The position numbers and the translations under genes are program-made. A stretch of 64,000 nucleotides of DNA from Lacipirellulaceae bacterium (lineage in GTDB: Bacteria; Planctomycetota; Planctomycetia; Pirellulales; Lacipirellulaceae): the NCBI GenBank assembly GCA_965228005.1, contig CBDDGV010000003.1, forward strand, positions 828,244 to 892,243. Reading direction: 5' to 3'. Below the pieces are notes generated by a model, which saw only the letters and a program-made list of their open reading frames with translations, made no database searches and was not told the origin of the DNA. This document shows, in pieces, positions 1 through 10,433 of the stretch; the stretch's first letter is position 1, and the number at the start of each line of letters is the position of its first letter.

Positions 1-9
1 CCGCAGAGC

Positions 10-531
10 TTGGGCCTGAATCGGTTCGACCACGACGATCAGATTCACGTGTTCCTCGAGAGCTTCCGCAACCAACTCGGACACGACCTGCGAGTCGACG
101 TGGCAAACACCGGCCGCCACACAGTCTTCGGGCCCGAGGGCGGCAACCTCAAGGCCGGGGTGGTGTTCCACTGCTACCTTGTCCATTTCAGCCCCTTGCA
201 GCGGCGCCAGGTCGTCGAGGGTTCTGTGACCTTCCCAGGCAAGATCCTCGGCGTCCTGACAGATTCCGACCGCCTCAACGGGAGCAATCCGATCCTGGGG
301 TCTGATTGGACGCTCCAGTGCTTCCACCCGCAACGCGGCTTGGAATCCACTCCCGACCGGAACTCGGATATCCTCAAGATCAGCAGTGACGGTCGCACGC
401 TTTCCGCAACCATGCGGACCGAAGCGATCGACCAGGTCCGCGTGCTGGTCGCGGCAGACGAGCAGCCGGTCGACTTGGCCCGCATCGGTCAGCGCCGGCT
501 GGTTTCGCAAGCCCGCTCTGGCAGGCGGTGA
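10..531 (+). CDS. 3' portion of an unknown CDS; 5' end probably lies outside the window
   Basis: ORF ends at 531, overlapping the start of the next gene by ATGA, which suggests an operon with the GH78 gene. No recognisable motif. Confidence 0.25.
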   Translation: MGLNRFDHDDQIHVFLESFRNQLGHDLRVDVANTGRHTVFGPEGGNLKAGVVFHCYLVHFSPLQRRQVVEGSVTFPGKILGVLTDSDRLNGSNPILGSDWTLQCFHPQRGLESTPDRNSDILKISSDGRTLSATMRTEAIDQVRVLVAADEQPVDLARIGQRRLVSQARSGRR

Positions 532-2981
532 CGCAGTTGCGTTGCCGTAACGGCCTGCCCCGGGGGATCGTGGCCCTCTTCTGCGTGGCTCTGCTTGGGG
601 CCGGCGCCGCCGCGAACCCCTCCTGGCCAAGCGATCCCGCGCCGCCAGCGACGAACCCCTTCGTGGGAGCCGCATGGATTGCCCCGCCCGCGGATGCCGA
701 CCCGAGCGGACTTCGATCGGTGCTCTTCCGTCGTGAATTCACCCTCGCCGACCAACCCCAAAGGGCAACGCTGCGTGTTGTGGGTCTCGGAGACTTCGAC
801 CCGCGACTGAACGGTCGGCGCCTTGCCGACACGGGGATGAACCAAGCATGGACCCAATACGAGAAGTCGCTCTACTACCGCGAGTTCGACGTCCTAGATG
901 CGGTGCGGCCTGGTCAGAACTGCCTCGCGTTCGTGCTGACCAACTCGTTCTGGCACAACCAGAAGCCGCCCGGAGAGCGGTACTTCAAGAGCGGCCCTCA
1001 GCGATCGGCGGACGAGCCTCACTTACTACGCGCGGAACTCTACATCACGTTGCCATTGGGCGAGGTGCGGCGGATCGCGACCGACGAAGATTGGCGAACA
1101 CACCCGGGGCCGATCGTGTTCTCGCACATCTTTGCCGGTGAAGACTACGATGCCCGTGCGCGGCAGCCCGGCTGGGATTCGCCCGGTTTCGATGACTCGG
1201 GGTGGGCGAGAGCCCGGTTAGCGGAGGAACCCGCCGCGATCCTGCGGCGCCAAACCTGGCCGCCGATCGCGTCGCACGAGCGCTTCGGGCCAACTTCCGT
1301 CACCGAAGCGGCGCCGGGCGTCTGGTCCTACGCCTTCCCCCAGAATTGCTCGGCCCAGCTCCAAATCAAACTCAACGGCGGCGACCCGGGGGATCGCGTC
1401 ACGCTGCGGTGCGGCGAGCACCGCAGCGCCGAAGGGCGATTATTCGGCCACTACGTGGTCGACTGCCACGTCACGACCGACGGTGAGCCAATCGATTACA
1501 GGTGGTCGTCTTTCTACCTCGGCATGCGATTCGTCGAAGTATCGGGCGCCGTGCCGCAAGGGGTCCCCAACCCCGACGGCCTGCCGGTCATCGAGGCGAT
1601 GACGCTCGTTCATGTCCGCACAGGGTTGCCGGAAGTCGGGAGCTTCTCGTGCTCGAGCGAGTTGCTCAACCGCACGCAACGCCTAGTCGATTGGGCGATG
1701 CGTTCCAACACGCACCACGTCCTAACCGACTGCCCCCACCGCGAGAAGCTGGGCTGGCTCGAGGTGCCCTACCTAATGGCCCCGAGCTTCCAGTACCGCT
1801 ACGACTGCCGCACCTGGCACAACAAGATCATGGGCGACCTCCGCGACTCCCAACTGCAAAACGGTCGCGTGACCACGGTCGCGCCGCCGTACCCCCGGGG
1901 CAGGTTCCCCGACAAGTTTGACTGGACCGTCGAGTGGGGCGCCGCGGCCGTGCTGCTGCCCTGGGAGCAGTACCGGTGGTCGGGTGATAAGCGCATCTTG
2001 CGTGACAACATCCAAATGATGCGGCGGTTCGTCGACCACGTGGAGTCCGAGGCTAAGGACGGCATCGCCCCCGGCGGACTCGGCGACTGGTACGACTACG
2101 GCCACGGGCAGCCGCCCGGCCCGTCGCGCTTTACGCCGACCGAACTCTCGTCGACCGCAACTTGGGCGCTGTGTTCCCAGCGTGTTGCCGACGCAGCTGC
2201 GGTCCTCGGTGAGAAGCAGGCGGAGCAGTATTATCGCTCGCTTCACCAGGATATTGCCCAAGCGTTCCGACGACGCTTCCGAGACCCTGCCACGGGCGAC
2301 CTCCAGCACACGGGCAGCCCCCAGTGCGCCAACGCCATGGCTCTCTGTGCCGATGTGGTTCCACCCGAAGACCGAGCCCGGCTCATCGAACAGATCATAG
2401 CCGACCTCGAGCAACGCGGCTGGCAGCAGACCCCGGGAGACATCGGCCACGTCTACCTGATCCGCGCGCTCGCCAAAGCGGGGCGGTCCGACGTCTTGCA
2501 CAAGGTGTATTCCCGGACGAGCGCCGGCAGTTATGGCAGCGTCCTGGCGAAGGGGCTCACCTCGATGCCCGAAACGTGGGACGCCACCATGGACGGTTAC
2601 CAATCTCTCAACCACTGCATGCTCGGCCACGTCATGGAGTGGCTCCACGGCTACGTCGGCGGCATCCGGCAGCAGCCCGATGCAGCCGGTTGGACCGACG
2701 TGCTCATCGCCCCCGAGCCGGGACCGCTGACTCACGCAGAGACGAGCCTCGCTGCGCCAACCGGCAAGATCGCTGTCCGCTGGGAGATCACCGACGGCGA
2801 GTTTCAGCTCACAGCCGAAATCCCCAACGGCGTCGCCGCTGAGGCCCGCCTCCCCTCGGGCGCCGTCTACCCCCTCGCCGCCGGCGAGCAGACGCTCACC
2901 GAACCGTGGCCGAGGCCCCGGGTGATGGACGACGAGGGTCCCGCCAACAAGGCCGCGGCACAAGCAGACAGCGATGGATGA
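528..2981 (+). CDS. alpha-L-rhamnosidase, glycoside hydrolase family 78
   Basis: 817 aa with an N-terminal signal-like hydrophobic segment. Contains the motif HHVLTDCPHREKLGWLE typical of the GH78 catalytic (six-hairpin) domain. Confidence 0.8.
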   Translation: MTQLRCRNGLPRGIVALFCVALLGAGAAANPSWPSDPAPPATNPFVGAAWIAPPADADPSGLRSVLFRREFTLADQPQRATLRVVGLGDFDPRLNGRRLADTGMNQAWTQYEKSLYYREFDVLDAVRPGQNCLAFVLTNSFWHNQKPPGERYFKSGPQRSADEPHLLRAELYITLPLGEVRRIATDEDWRTHPGPIVFSHIFAGEDYDARARQPGWDSPGFDDSGWARARLAEEPAAILRRQTWPPIASHERFGPTSVTEAAPGVWSYAFPQNCSAQLQIKLNGGDPGDRVTLRCGEHRSAEGRLFGHYVVDCHVTTDGEPIDYRWSSFYLGMRFVEVSGAVPQGVPNPDGLPVIEAMTLVHVRTGLPEVGSFSCSSELLNRTQRLVDWAMRSNTHHVLTDCPHREKLGWLEVPYLMAPSFQYRYDCRTWHNKIMGDLRDSQLQNGRVTTVAPPYPRGRFPDKFDWTVEWGAAAVLLPWEQYRWSGDKRILRDNIQMMRRFVDHVESEAKDGIAPGGLGDWYDYGHGQPPGPSRFTPTELSSTATWALCSQRVADAAAVLGEKQAEQYYRSLHQDIAQAFRRRFRDPATGDLQHTGSPQCANAMALCADVVPPEDRARLIEQIIADLEQRGWQQTPGDIGHVYLIRALAKAGRSDVLHKVYSRTSAGSYGSVLAKGLTSMPETWDATMDGYQSLNHCMLGHVMEWLHGYVGGIRQQPDAAGWTDVLIAPEPGPLTHAETSLAAPTGKIAVRWEITDGEFQLTAEIPNGVAAEARLPSGAVYPLAAGEQTLTEPWPRPRVMDDEGPANKAAAQADSDG

Positions 2982-4083
2982 ATCCGCCGCCCCGGTGCTC
3001 GGGGTCACTTACCACGCTATCGGCGGTCTAGCCGCCGCAAGCTTCTACCTCCCGTACAAGCGCGTGAGGGGCTGGCCGTGGGAAAACGCTTGGCTCATGG
3101 GAGGCGTCTTCAGTTGGATCTTCGCCCCGATCGCGGCCGCCGTGATCCTGGCGCCAGAGACCTTCAACGTGCTCCAGCAGGCGCCCCCCCGCCCGCTCTT
3201 CCTGACGTGGCTGTCGGGCTTTCTTTGGGGCATTGGCGGCGCCGCTTTCGGGCTCAGCATGCGCTACCTGGGCATCGCGCTCGGCTACGCCATCGCCTTG
3301 GGGATGTGCGCCTTCTTCGGCACGATCCTGCCGCCGCTGTTCGCTGGAGAATTCAGTCAGGTGGCTTCAACAACACCGGGGCGCTTCACGCTCCTTGGGT
3401 TGGCGGTCTGCCTCGCCGGGATCGCCATGAGCGGCAAGGCAGGCCTCAACAAAGAACGGGAACTCAGCACCACTGAGAAGAAGGACGCGATAGGAGAGTT
3501 CCGCTTCGGCGCAGGCGTGCTAGTCGCACTGGTCGCCGGTGTGATGAGCGCATGCATGGCTCTCGGTTTCTCGACCGGCAAGCCCATTGCCGAGCTGGCC
3601 ACCGCGTCGGGCGTCGCGCCACTCTGGCAGAACCTGCCCGTGCTGATCGTCGTGCTCTTCGGCGGGTTCTGTTTGAACCTGCTGTGGTGCGGATGGTTGA
3701 TCGCCCGCCGAGGCTCGCTGCGGCTGTACTGGGGCACAACGACAAACCCGGGAGCCGACCCGAGCGTCCCAGCGGAACCGCAGCGCCCGCCCTTGGCGGC
3801 CAACTACCTGTGGTGCTTCGTTGCCGGCGTCACCTGGTACCTCCAGTTCTTCTTCTACGGCATGGGCACGACCAAGATGGGCGCATTCGAGTTCTCGAGT
3901 TGGACGCTCCACATGGCGTCGATTGTCTTGTTCAGTACAGTGTGGGGGTTTGCCCTTAAAGAGTGGCGTGGCACCAGCTCTGCAACCCACCGCTGGATCG
4001 CCGCTGGCCTCGCGATGCTGCTCCTCAGCACATGCATCGTCGGTTGGGGCAACTCGCTCGCGGCCGCGCCGGCGGGCCACTAA
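2974..4083 (+). CDS. rhaT: L-rhamnose/H+ symporter (RhaT family)
   Basis: 369 aa polytopic membrane protein. Its N-terminus resembles RhaT. It is adjacent to GH78 and its start overlaps the upstream stop. Confidence 0.65.
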   Translation: MDESAAPVLGVTYHAIGGLAAASFYLPYKRVRGWPWENAWLMGGVFSWIFAPIAAAVILAPETFNVLQQAPPRPLFLTWLSGFLWGIGGAAFGLSMRYLGIALGYAIALGMCAFFGTILPPLFAGEFSQVASTTPGRFTLLGLAVCLAGIAMSGKAGLNKERELSTTEKKDAIGEFRFGAGVLVALVAGVMSACMALGFSTGKPIAELATASGVAPLWQNLPVLIVVLFGGFCLNLLWCGWLIARRGSLRLYWGTTTNPGADPSVPAEPQRPPLAANYLWCFVAGVTWYLQFFFYGMGTTKMGAFEFSSWTLHMASIVLFSTVWGFALKEWRGTSSATHRWIAAGLAMLLLSTCIVGWGNSLAAAPAGH

Positions 4084-4104
4084 CCGCCACACAGGGAGCA
4101 TACA

Positions 4105-5616
4105 ATGGATCGTATCAAGCCGCCCAAACGCCCACGCATCGGGCTCTACTCGATCGGTCACCCCCACTACTGGAACCAGTTCGCGGGGCTGCTAGACCGT
4201 CTGAACGGCTACAACGCCTTCATCGAGAAGCGGCTGAGCGAGTGGGGCGAAGTCACGAACGCGGGCATGATTGACTCGGAGCCGGGTTCCCGAGCAGCCG
4301 CCGAGCGGTTCAACGCTGCGAACGTCGACATCCTTTTCTGCCACGCCGCGACCTACGCCTACAGCGCCTCAAACCTTCATATCGCACGCCACTGCAAGCG
4401 GCCGGTCGTTGTGCTGAACCTCCAACCGGCCGCGGCGATGGACTACGACCGCACCACTACGGGCGAGTGGCTCGCGCACTGCGTCGGCTGCTGCGTGCCG
4501 GAGATCAGCAACGCCTTCAACCGCGCAGGAATCGACTTCCACGTCGTCAGCGGCCTGCTCGGGCTCAGCGAGTCGCCCGCGATCGCCATCGCTGACGAGG
4601 CGACCGCAGAACACCCGGAAGCGCGGCGGGCCTGGCGCGAGATCGGCGAGTGGGCCCGCGCCGCCGGAGTCGCCCGCACCCTCGCCGAGGGACGCATGGG
4701 CTTCCTCGGCCACACCTACCCCGGCATGCTCGACATGTACTCCGACTTCACGATGGTGACCGGCCAGACCGGCATGCACGTGGAGGTCCTCGAGATGTGC
4801 GACCTGCAGCGGCTGCTTGACGGCGTCAGCGACAACGACACACGGAGCAAGCTCAAAGAGGTGGAGGCGATGTTCGTTCTTTCAGAGGACTCTCCGGCCG
4901 ACCCGCTTGCCCGGGCCCCGAGGCCTGAGCAGCTCGACGTCGCCTGCCGAGTGGCGGTCGCCCAGGAACGCCTCGTCCGAGAGCAGGACCTCGACGCCCT
5001 CACCTACTACTACCGGGGCGCAGACGGCAACGACTACGAGCAGTTGCAAGAGGCGTTCATCCTCGGTCACTCGCTCTTGACCGCACGCGGCGTGCCCTGC
5101 TCGGGCGAGGGCGACACGAAGACCGCCATCGCGATGAAGGTCTGCGACACGCTCGACGTCGGCGGGTCCTACTGCGAGATCGTCGCGTCGGACTACGAGC
5201 AAGACACGATCATCCTCGGGCACGACGGGCCTTTCCATGTCTCCATCGCCGACGGCAAGCCGATCCTCCGCGGCATGGGCCTCTACCACGGGAAGTGGGG
5301 CAACGGTGTCAGCGTCGAAGCAACCGTCCGCAAGGGGCCCGTCACGCTGCTCAACGTTACCCAGACGGCCGAAGGTCGCTTGCGGACGATCGTCAACGAA
5401 GGCGAAGCGATCGAGGCGCCGATCCTGAAGATCGGCAATACGATGACGCACGTCCGCTTCCCGGTCGGCCCCACCGACATGATGAACCGGTGGTTCGCTC
5501 TGGCCCCGACCCACCATTGCGCGATGAGCGTCGGCAACAACGCCGGGCAGCTCCGCAAGGTCGCAACCGTGATGGGGCTGCCCTGCGCATCCGCGATTAC
5601 TGTTTCCGAAGCGTGA
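4105..5616 (+). CDS. L-arabinose isomerase family (AraA/FucI superfamily) sugar isomerase
   Basis: 503 aa. N-terminal IGLYSIGHPHYW and GEGDTKTAIAMKV segments resemble AraA FVIGSQHLYG and GEGDWKTAALLRIMKV. Sits in an operon with rhaT and GH78. Confidence 0.6.
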   Translation: MDRIKPPKRPRIGLYSIGHPHYWNQFAGLLDRLNGYNAFIEKRLSEWGEVTNAGMIDSEPGSRAAAERFNAANVDILFCHAATYAYSASNLHIARHCKRPVVVLNLQPAAAMDYDRTTTGEWLAHCVGCCVPEISNAFNRAGIDFHVVSGLLGLSESPAIAIADEATAEHPEARRAWREIGEWARAAGVARTLAEGRMGFLGHTYPGMLDMYSDFTMVTGQTGMHVEVLEMCDLQRLLDGVSDNDTRSKLKEVEAMFVLSEDSPADPLARAPRPEQLDVACRVAVAQERLVREQDLDALTYYYRGADGNDYEQLQEAFILGHSLLTARGVPCSGEGDTKTAIAMKVCDTLDVGGSYCEIVASDYEQDTIILGHDGPFHVSIADGKPILRGMGLYHGKWGNGVSVEATVRKGPVTLLNVTQTAEGRLRTIVNEGEAIEAPILKIGNTMTHVRFPVGPTDMMNRWFALAPTHHCAMSVGNNAGQLRKVATVMGLPCASAITVSEA

Positions 5617-6396
5617 ACTGGATGGCAAGGCAGTCCTGGTTCGAGGAAGACTCTCTCGAACGAATGGACATCTGGGTCCGGTAAGAGCTGACCGACGAGA
5701 GTCCGACCGCCGAAGAGAAGCGGCGGCCGCATCCTTCCTACTGCAAACGGAAGCTGCCGCCGAACTCCGAACGGAGGAGCACTGCTGATCGCCGACGCCC
5801 GCGGCGGTCCTACCGCCCTTGCGGTCGGCCAGGTCCCAGCGGTGCGCCGCCCCGCTGCGGCGGTTGACGTTCACTCTGAACAGGCCGCCGTGGCGCTCGA
5901 GCAGATTCCGGGCTTTGGTTCCCCAGCTGGCCGCGAAGCCGGCCTCGTGGCTGGTGAGGATCACGCGGTGTTGGGGGCGGCAACCCAGGTACCAGCAAGC
6001 CTCCGCCGATAGAGTCCTAGGCAATGAGACCGCCGTCGATGTGTCGTGCCGACGCAGGTTAGGGCAGCCTCTGAAACTGCTGAGGTCTAGCTTACCGCCT
6101 GCAACTAGCCAAATCGCTCAGAGTTGTCGGCTGGTTCAACTGATGACAGTCTTAGACCGCACGGCCTGAAGACTCGAGCTGAGGTGTTGGGAGATCCGGG
6201 AGAATCTGGGAGCCGTTTGCCCCTGAGAATCCGTGTTAAGAATCCATGGGGACGCTGCCACGGCTTCATGGCGCATTCTCTTGCAATGATGCCCAGCGGT
6301 CGCGACATTTCTATGGCGTAGCGCGGAAGACAAACCGCCTCCACCGCCGCACGGCTCCCCGCCGCTTGCCCCGCCTAAACTCTCAATGGAATTCGT

Positions 6397-8928
6397 TTGA
6401 TGACCGCTGCCGCCAACAAAAACACGTTGCCCAGGGCGCCATGGCTTTCGTTGGCCACGCCTCTGGGGTTTCGCCGAGAAGCCTTGCTGTCCCGTCCGGC
6501 CGCGCTGGCCGGGCGTCTGGGGCTGTCGGCGCTGGCCGTGCTGCTGCTGGCGCCCGCGGCCCGCGCTCAGGTCTTTGATCCGGGGCCGTCCGACCCGTCG
6601 CTGTTCGACGAGGTGATCAGCCTGCCGGGCGACCCGGTGTTCGGGGACGAGATATCCGGCTCGGTGGGCGACAGCACCGGCGGCGGTTCGCCGACGACCC
6701 AGCTCAACGTCGCCGACGGCGGGTCCGTAGGCGACCTCTTCGACGCCTTTTCCGGCAGCGAGGTGAACATCAGCGGCGGGACTGTCGGCGACGATTTTCG
6801 CACCTTCGCTGGCAGCGAGGTGAACATCAGCGGAGGCGATGTGGGCGCCAGGTTTAGCGCCCGGTCTGGCAGCCTAATCAACATCAGCGGCGGAACCGTC
6901 GGCGGAGGCTTCGATGCGGAACCCGGCAGCGTGGTGAACATCAGCGGAGGGGACGTCGGCGACTCCTTTTTTGCCCTAGGAAGCAGCGAGGTGAACATCA
7001 GCGGCGGAACCGTCGGCAACGACATGGAAGCCTTCTCTGGCAGCGTGGTGAACATCAGCGGAGGGGAAGTCGGCTCGCGCTTCGGCGCCCGTTCCGGCAG
7101 TGTGGTGAACATCACCGGTGGCATGGTCGGTTTTCGCTTCGACGCCTTCTCCGGCAGCGAGGTGAACATCAGCGGCGGGACCGTGAATAACCTGTTCAGC
7201 GCCTTGTCGGGCAGCGTGGTGAACATCAGTGGTGGGAACATCGGACGGGGCGGCTTCGGCGCCTTTTCCGGCAGCGTGCTGAACATCAGCGGCGGGGCCT
7301 TCGGCAACAACTTCACGGCCGAGTCGGGCAGCGAGGTGAACATCAGCGGCGGCAGCTTCCGAAGTAACTTCGACGCGCTTCCCGGCAGCGACGTCGCGTT
7401 GATCGGCGGGGAATTCCGTCTCAACGGCGCCGTGTTCACCGGCCCGACGATCACGCTGTCCGGGGGCGACGTCTTCACCGGCACGCTCGCCGATGGGTCG
7501 GCGTTTATCTTCGCCGCAAACAACTCCGACGAAATCTCCGGCGTGACGCTGACGCCCGCGTCGTTGCCGGCGGTCGACCTCACGCCGATCGTGGTGGATG
7601 GCCTGGCGGCCGACGACCCGGTGGGGCTGCGGGCCGGGCAGACGCTCACGCTGGTCGACGGCGGCGAGCTGGGCGAGAACTCCGGCTTCAACGTGGTCGA
7701 CGGGACGCTACACGTCGAGGGCGGCAGCCTCGGAGATGGGGCCGAGGCCTCCCGCAGCGTGGTGAACATCCGCGGTGGAACGGTCGGCGGCTTCTTCAAC
7801 GCCTTCGCCGGCAGCGAAGTGAACATCAGCGGCGGAATCGTCGGCGAGCGCTTCGACGCCTTCTCCGGCAGTGTGGTGAACATCAGCGGCGGAACCGTGG
7901 ACCGATTATTTGACGCCTTCGCCGGCAGCGAAGTGAACATCAGTGGCGGGAGCGTCGGCGACGAGTTTGACGCCAAGTCGGGCAGCCAGGTGAACGTCCG
8001 CGGCGGCAGCGTGGGCGACGACTTCGACGCGGAGTCGGGCAGCGTGGTGAACATCAGCGATGGAACCGTCGGCAACGAATTCGACGCCTTCTCCGGCAGC
8101 GTGGTGAACATCAGCGGCGGGGACGTCGGCTTATTCTTCGACGCCGAGTCGGGCAGCGAAGTCAATATCAGCGGCGGGACCGTTGGCGATGGCTTCCAAG
8201 CCCTCTCCGGCAGCGTGGTCAACATCCGCGGCGGGGAGGTCGGTTTGCTGTTCGAAGCCGGGTCGGGCAGCGAGGTGAACATCAGCGGCGGAACCGTGGC
8301 CGGCGTTGTCGACGCGCTCGCCGGCAGTGTGGTGAACATCAGCGGGGGAACCGTGGGTCCCGGGTTCGACGCCTTTTCGGGTAGCGAGGTGAACATCAGC
8401 GGCGGGGAGGTCGGCGTGAACTTCAACGCCCTCTCGGGCAGCGAGGTGAACCTCAGCGGCGGGACCGTGGGCGACGACTTCGACGCCTTCCCCGACAGCG
8501 AGGTGAACCTGTTCGGGACCGAGTTCTTTCTGGACGGCGTCCTGCTCGACTCGCTGGTGCTCGGCGAAGCGTTCACCATCACCGACCGCGACGTCGACCT
8601 TACCGGCGTCTTGGCCGACGGGTCGGCGTTTAGCTTCGAGCTCAATCCATTCCAGGTCATTGGGGTGACTGCAGACTCCTTCGCCCCCGACGCCACGCTG
8701 ACGGTGACGCTGGTAGAAGCCGGCGATTTCGACAGCGACGGCGACGTCGACGTGGCAGACGCACTGCTCGGCCAGCGCCTCGGTGGAGACCTCGGCCCGG
8801 GAAGCGGCTGGGCGAACCAATTTGGCGCGGGATCGGCTCCGTTGTCGGCGGTCGCGGCCGTGCCTGAGCCGACAGCCTGCTTGCTGGCCCAACTTGGCAT
8901 CTGGATGCTTTCGTGCCGCCGTCGGTGA
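6397..8928 (+). CDS. PEP-CTERM sorted surface protein made of ~30 tandem 20-aa repeats, with a dockerin-like C-terminal module
   Basis: Signal peptide, followed by repeats of the form SGSEVNISGGTVGDDFDAF. C-terminus carries GDFDSDGDVDVADALLGQR, then VPEPTACLLAQLGIWMLSCRRR (PEP motif + TM helix + basic tail). Confidence 0.7.
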   Translation: MMTAAANKNTLPRAPWLSLATPLGFRREALLSRPAALAGRLGLSALAVLLLAPAARAQVFDPGPSDPSLFDEVISLPGDPVFGDEISGSVGDSTGGGSPTTQLNVADGGSVGDLFDAFSGSEVNISGGTVGDDFRTFAGSEVNISGGDVGARFSARSGSLINISGGTVGGGFDAEPGSVVNISGGDVGDSFFALGSSEVNISGGTVGNDMEAFSGSVVNISGGEVGSRFGARSGSVVNITGGMVGFRFDAFSGSEVNISGGTVNNLFSALSGSVVNISGGNIGRGGFGAFSGSVLNISGGAFGNNFTAESGSEVNISGGSFRSNFDALPGSDVALIGGEFRLNGAVFTGPTITLSGGDVFTGTLADGSAFIFAANNSDEISGVTLTPASLPAVDLTPIVVDGLAADDPVGLRAGQTLTLVDGGELGENSGFNVVDGTLHVEGGSLGDGAEASRSVVNIRGGTVGGFFNAFAGSEVNISGGIVGERFDAFSGSVVNISGGTVDRLFDAFAGSEVNISGGSVGDEFDAKSGSQVNVRGGSVGDDFDAESGSVVNISDGTVGNEFDAFSGSVVNISGGDVGLFFDAESGSEVNISGGTVGDGFQALSGSVVNIRGGEVGLLFEAGSGSEVNISGGTVAGVVDALAGSVVNISGGTVGPGFDAFSGSEVNISGGEVGVNFNALSGSEVNLSGGTVGDDFDAFPDSEVNLFGTEFFLDGVLLDSLVLGEAFTITDRDVDLTGVLADGSAFSFELNPFQVIGVTADSFAPDATLTVTLVEAGDFDSDGDVDVADALLGQRLGGDLGPGSGWANQFGAGSAPLSAVAAVPEPTACLLAQLGIWMLSCRRR
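6750..8520. repeat. 60-bp tandem repeats encoding the 20-aa units of the PEP-CTERM protein
   Basis: Recurring ggcagcgaggtgaacatcagcggcgg... blocks with 60-nt period, visible directly in the sequence. Confidence 0.7.
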
Positions 8929-9746
8929 TCCGCCAGACCCAGAGCCATACCGATTCGGGCGCCATATCGGAGAGTGCAGCAAACGCATGAAGGAGCGGTG
9001 TAACCTTCAGCGGTTGCATCGACTTCGCGGAGTTCGCGCTAGCCCGAAGCCGCTGAGTTAGCCCAGACCGCCGCGAGTTTCAGCCGTCTCAATTCCGCGT
9101 CGAACGTCGACACCGAAGCAAGCCCACGATTCCTTGTCTCGGAGTTGACTGGCTAAACCGACGTATCTGCACAGAGTCGGCCCTGCAGAGGCCCCAAGCT
9201 CCTGACCGAGGCCCACCGCTGCCGGCGGCTCACCAAGTTATCCGGGGCAGGGCAGGGCCCCGCACTCCCAACTCGGGAAAAAGGCCCTCTCGCCGAGGCT
9301 AGCGAATGGCCAACTCGTATAGTATACATAAAAGCACTGCATGCAGTGATCCAGCCAACGGAGCCGCCGCACCAAGCCCCGTCCGGCAAACCCGACACGA
9401 AAAACCGTAAACTCGAAGAGTTAAGACCGCCCCCATGAAGCCCCGAGCCTGGAAAACCCGCCCAGCGAAGAAACCGCTCGCGACAAAACGCGCGACTTTT
9501 GGCGTTTCGCCGCGTGTTCGCGTCCCCGGTCCAAAAGAAGCAGGCAAACCCTGCGAAACAAGCCCGGCCCGCCGACTTCCGTCCGTGGGAGCCCCGAGAG
9601 GGGTCGACAAAACAAGACCCGCAAACAAGAGGGAAGGACACCCCCCGCGTGACGAGGTCTTGGCCGTGCCAAGTCGAGACCGCTTGCAAGAACATGCAGC
9701 GCGACGAAGGCCCGCCGCAGGCGGGCTGAGGCCGCCAAGAACCAAG

Positions 9747-9788
9747 TGGGCGACACTGGATTCGAACCAGTGACCTCTGCGGTGTGAA
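9747..9788 (-). repeat. Partial tRNA-Val copy: 42-nt identical to the 3' half of tRNA-Val(CAC) at 39727-39768 (att-like direct repeat)
   Basis: tgggcgacactggattcgaaccagtgacctctgcggtgtgaa occurs at both sites. Identity stops inside the anticodon loop. Same orientation. Confidence 0.65.
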
Positions 9789-9982
9789 ACCGACTCGCCG
9801 AGAGCCTTGCTCCTCAGCAATTCCCGAGGAATACGGGCATCTTAGGGCTTAGATGTACCATTGCAAGACATCTCATTTGATTGCAGAGTTTCTCGGGAAA
9901 TAGCGGTATAGGGTTGAGCGACTAGTCGCGCAACACAGTAACAAAACGGTAGTGCTCTGAGGCGGTTGGCCCAAAGAAGAAC

Positions 9983-10433
9983 CGGAGCCCGAGATCGCTC
10001 CCGGGCCCCGGCGTCGTCAACAACAAGAACGGCCTACAGCAGGTTGACCACACGGTCGGCGAGGCCCTTCTCGCCGAGCACGACGTTGAGCTTGCCGCTC
10101 GTGGCGACCTTCTCCAGGACCTCCAGTTCCCGGAGACGCATCAGCGTCGTGTTGTCGGCGAGCAGGCGGGCCGTGTTGGCCTGCGACCGCATCGCGGCCG
10201 TCTCCTCGCGTCGGGCGATCAGGTTGGCCTCGGCGGCCTTCTTGGCCTCCGTGACGCGGTTGAGCAGGACCTTCATGTCGCCCGGCAGGATCACGTCCTT
10301 GACGCCCACCGAAACGACTTCCAGACCCAGCTCACCCGACCGACGACGGACCGACTCGGCGAACTCGTCCGTGACGGCGTCCTTGTCCGTCAGGAACGCG
10401 TCCAGGTCGCGCGTCGCCACGACCGCACGCAGA
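9983..10433 (-). pseudogene. Truncated duplicate of the 3' end of the SPFH/band-7 gene (98% identical to 31385-31853)
   Basis: ORF 10034..10420 translates to the last 128 aa of the 31448..32596 protein. The nucleotide repeat begins at agaaccggagcccgagatcgc at both loci. No N-terminal part is present. Confidence 0.7.

Noticed and set aside
4882-6024. 380-aa minus-strand ORF overlapping the AraA-like gene and the intergenic region
   Set aside because: Antisense to a well-supported gene, Arg/Ala-rich low-complexity translation typical of high-GC shadow ORFs, and no motifs.
6567-8988. Long minus-strand ORFs (793 aa and 285 aa) mirroring the PEP-CTERM repeat gene
   Set aside because: They are reverse-frame artefacts of the 60-bp tandem repeats. 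The plus-strand product has a signal peptide and a sorting signal, and these do not.
9153-9820. Overlapping 110-180 aa ORFs in the 9.1-9.8 kb gap
   Set aside because: No start or RBS context and Arg/Pro-rich composition. The region is better explained as non-coding junction DNA containing the tRNA-Val fragment.
10034-10420. 128-aa ORF called as an independent gene
   Set aside because: It is only the duplicated 3' end of the band-7 gene (98% nucleotide identity to 31448-31853), so it is annotated as a pseudogene fragment.
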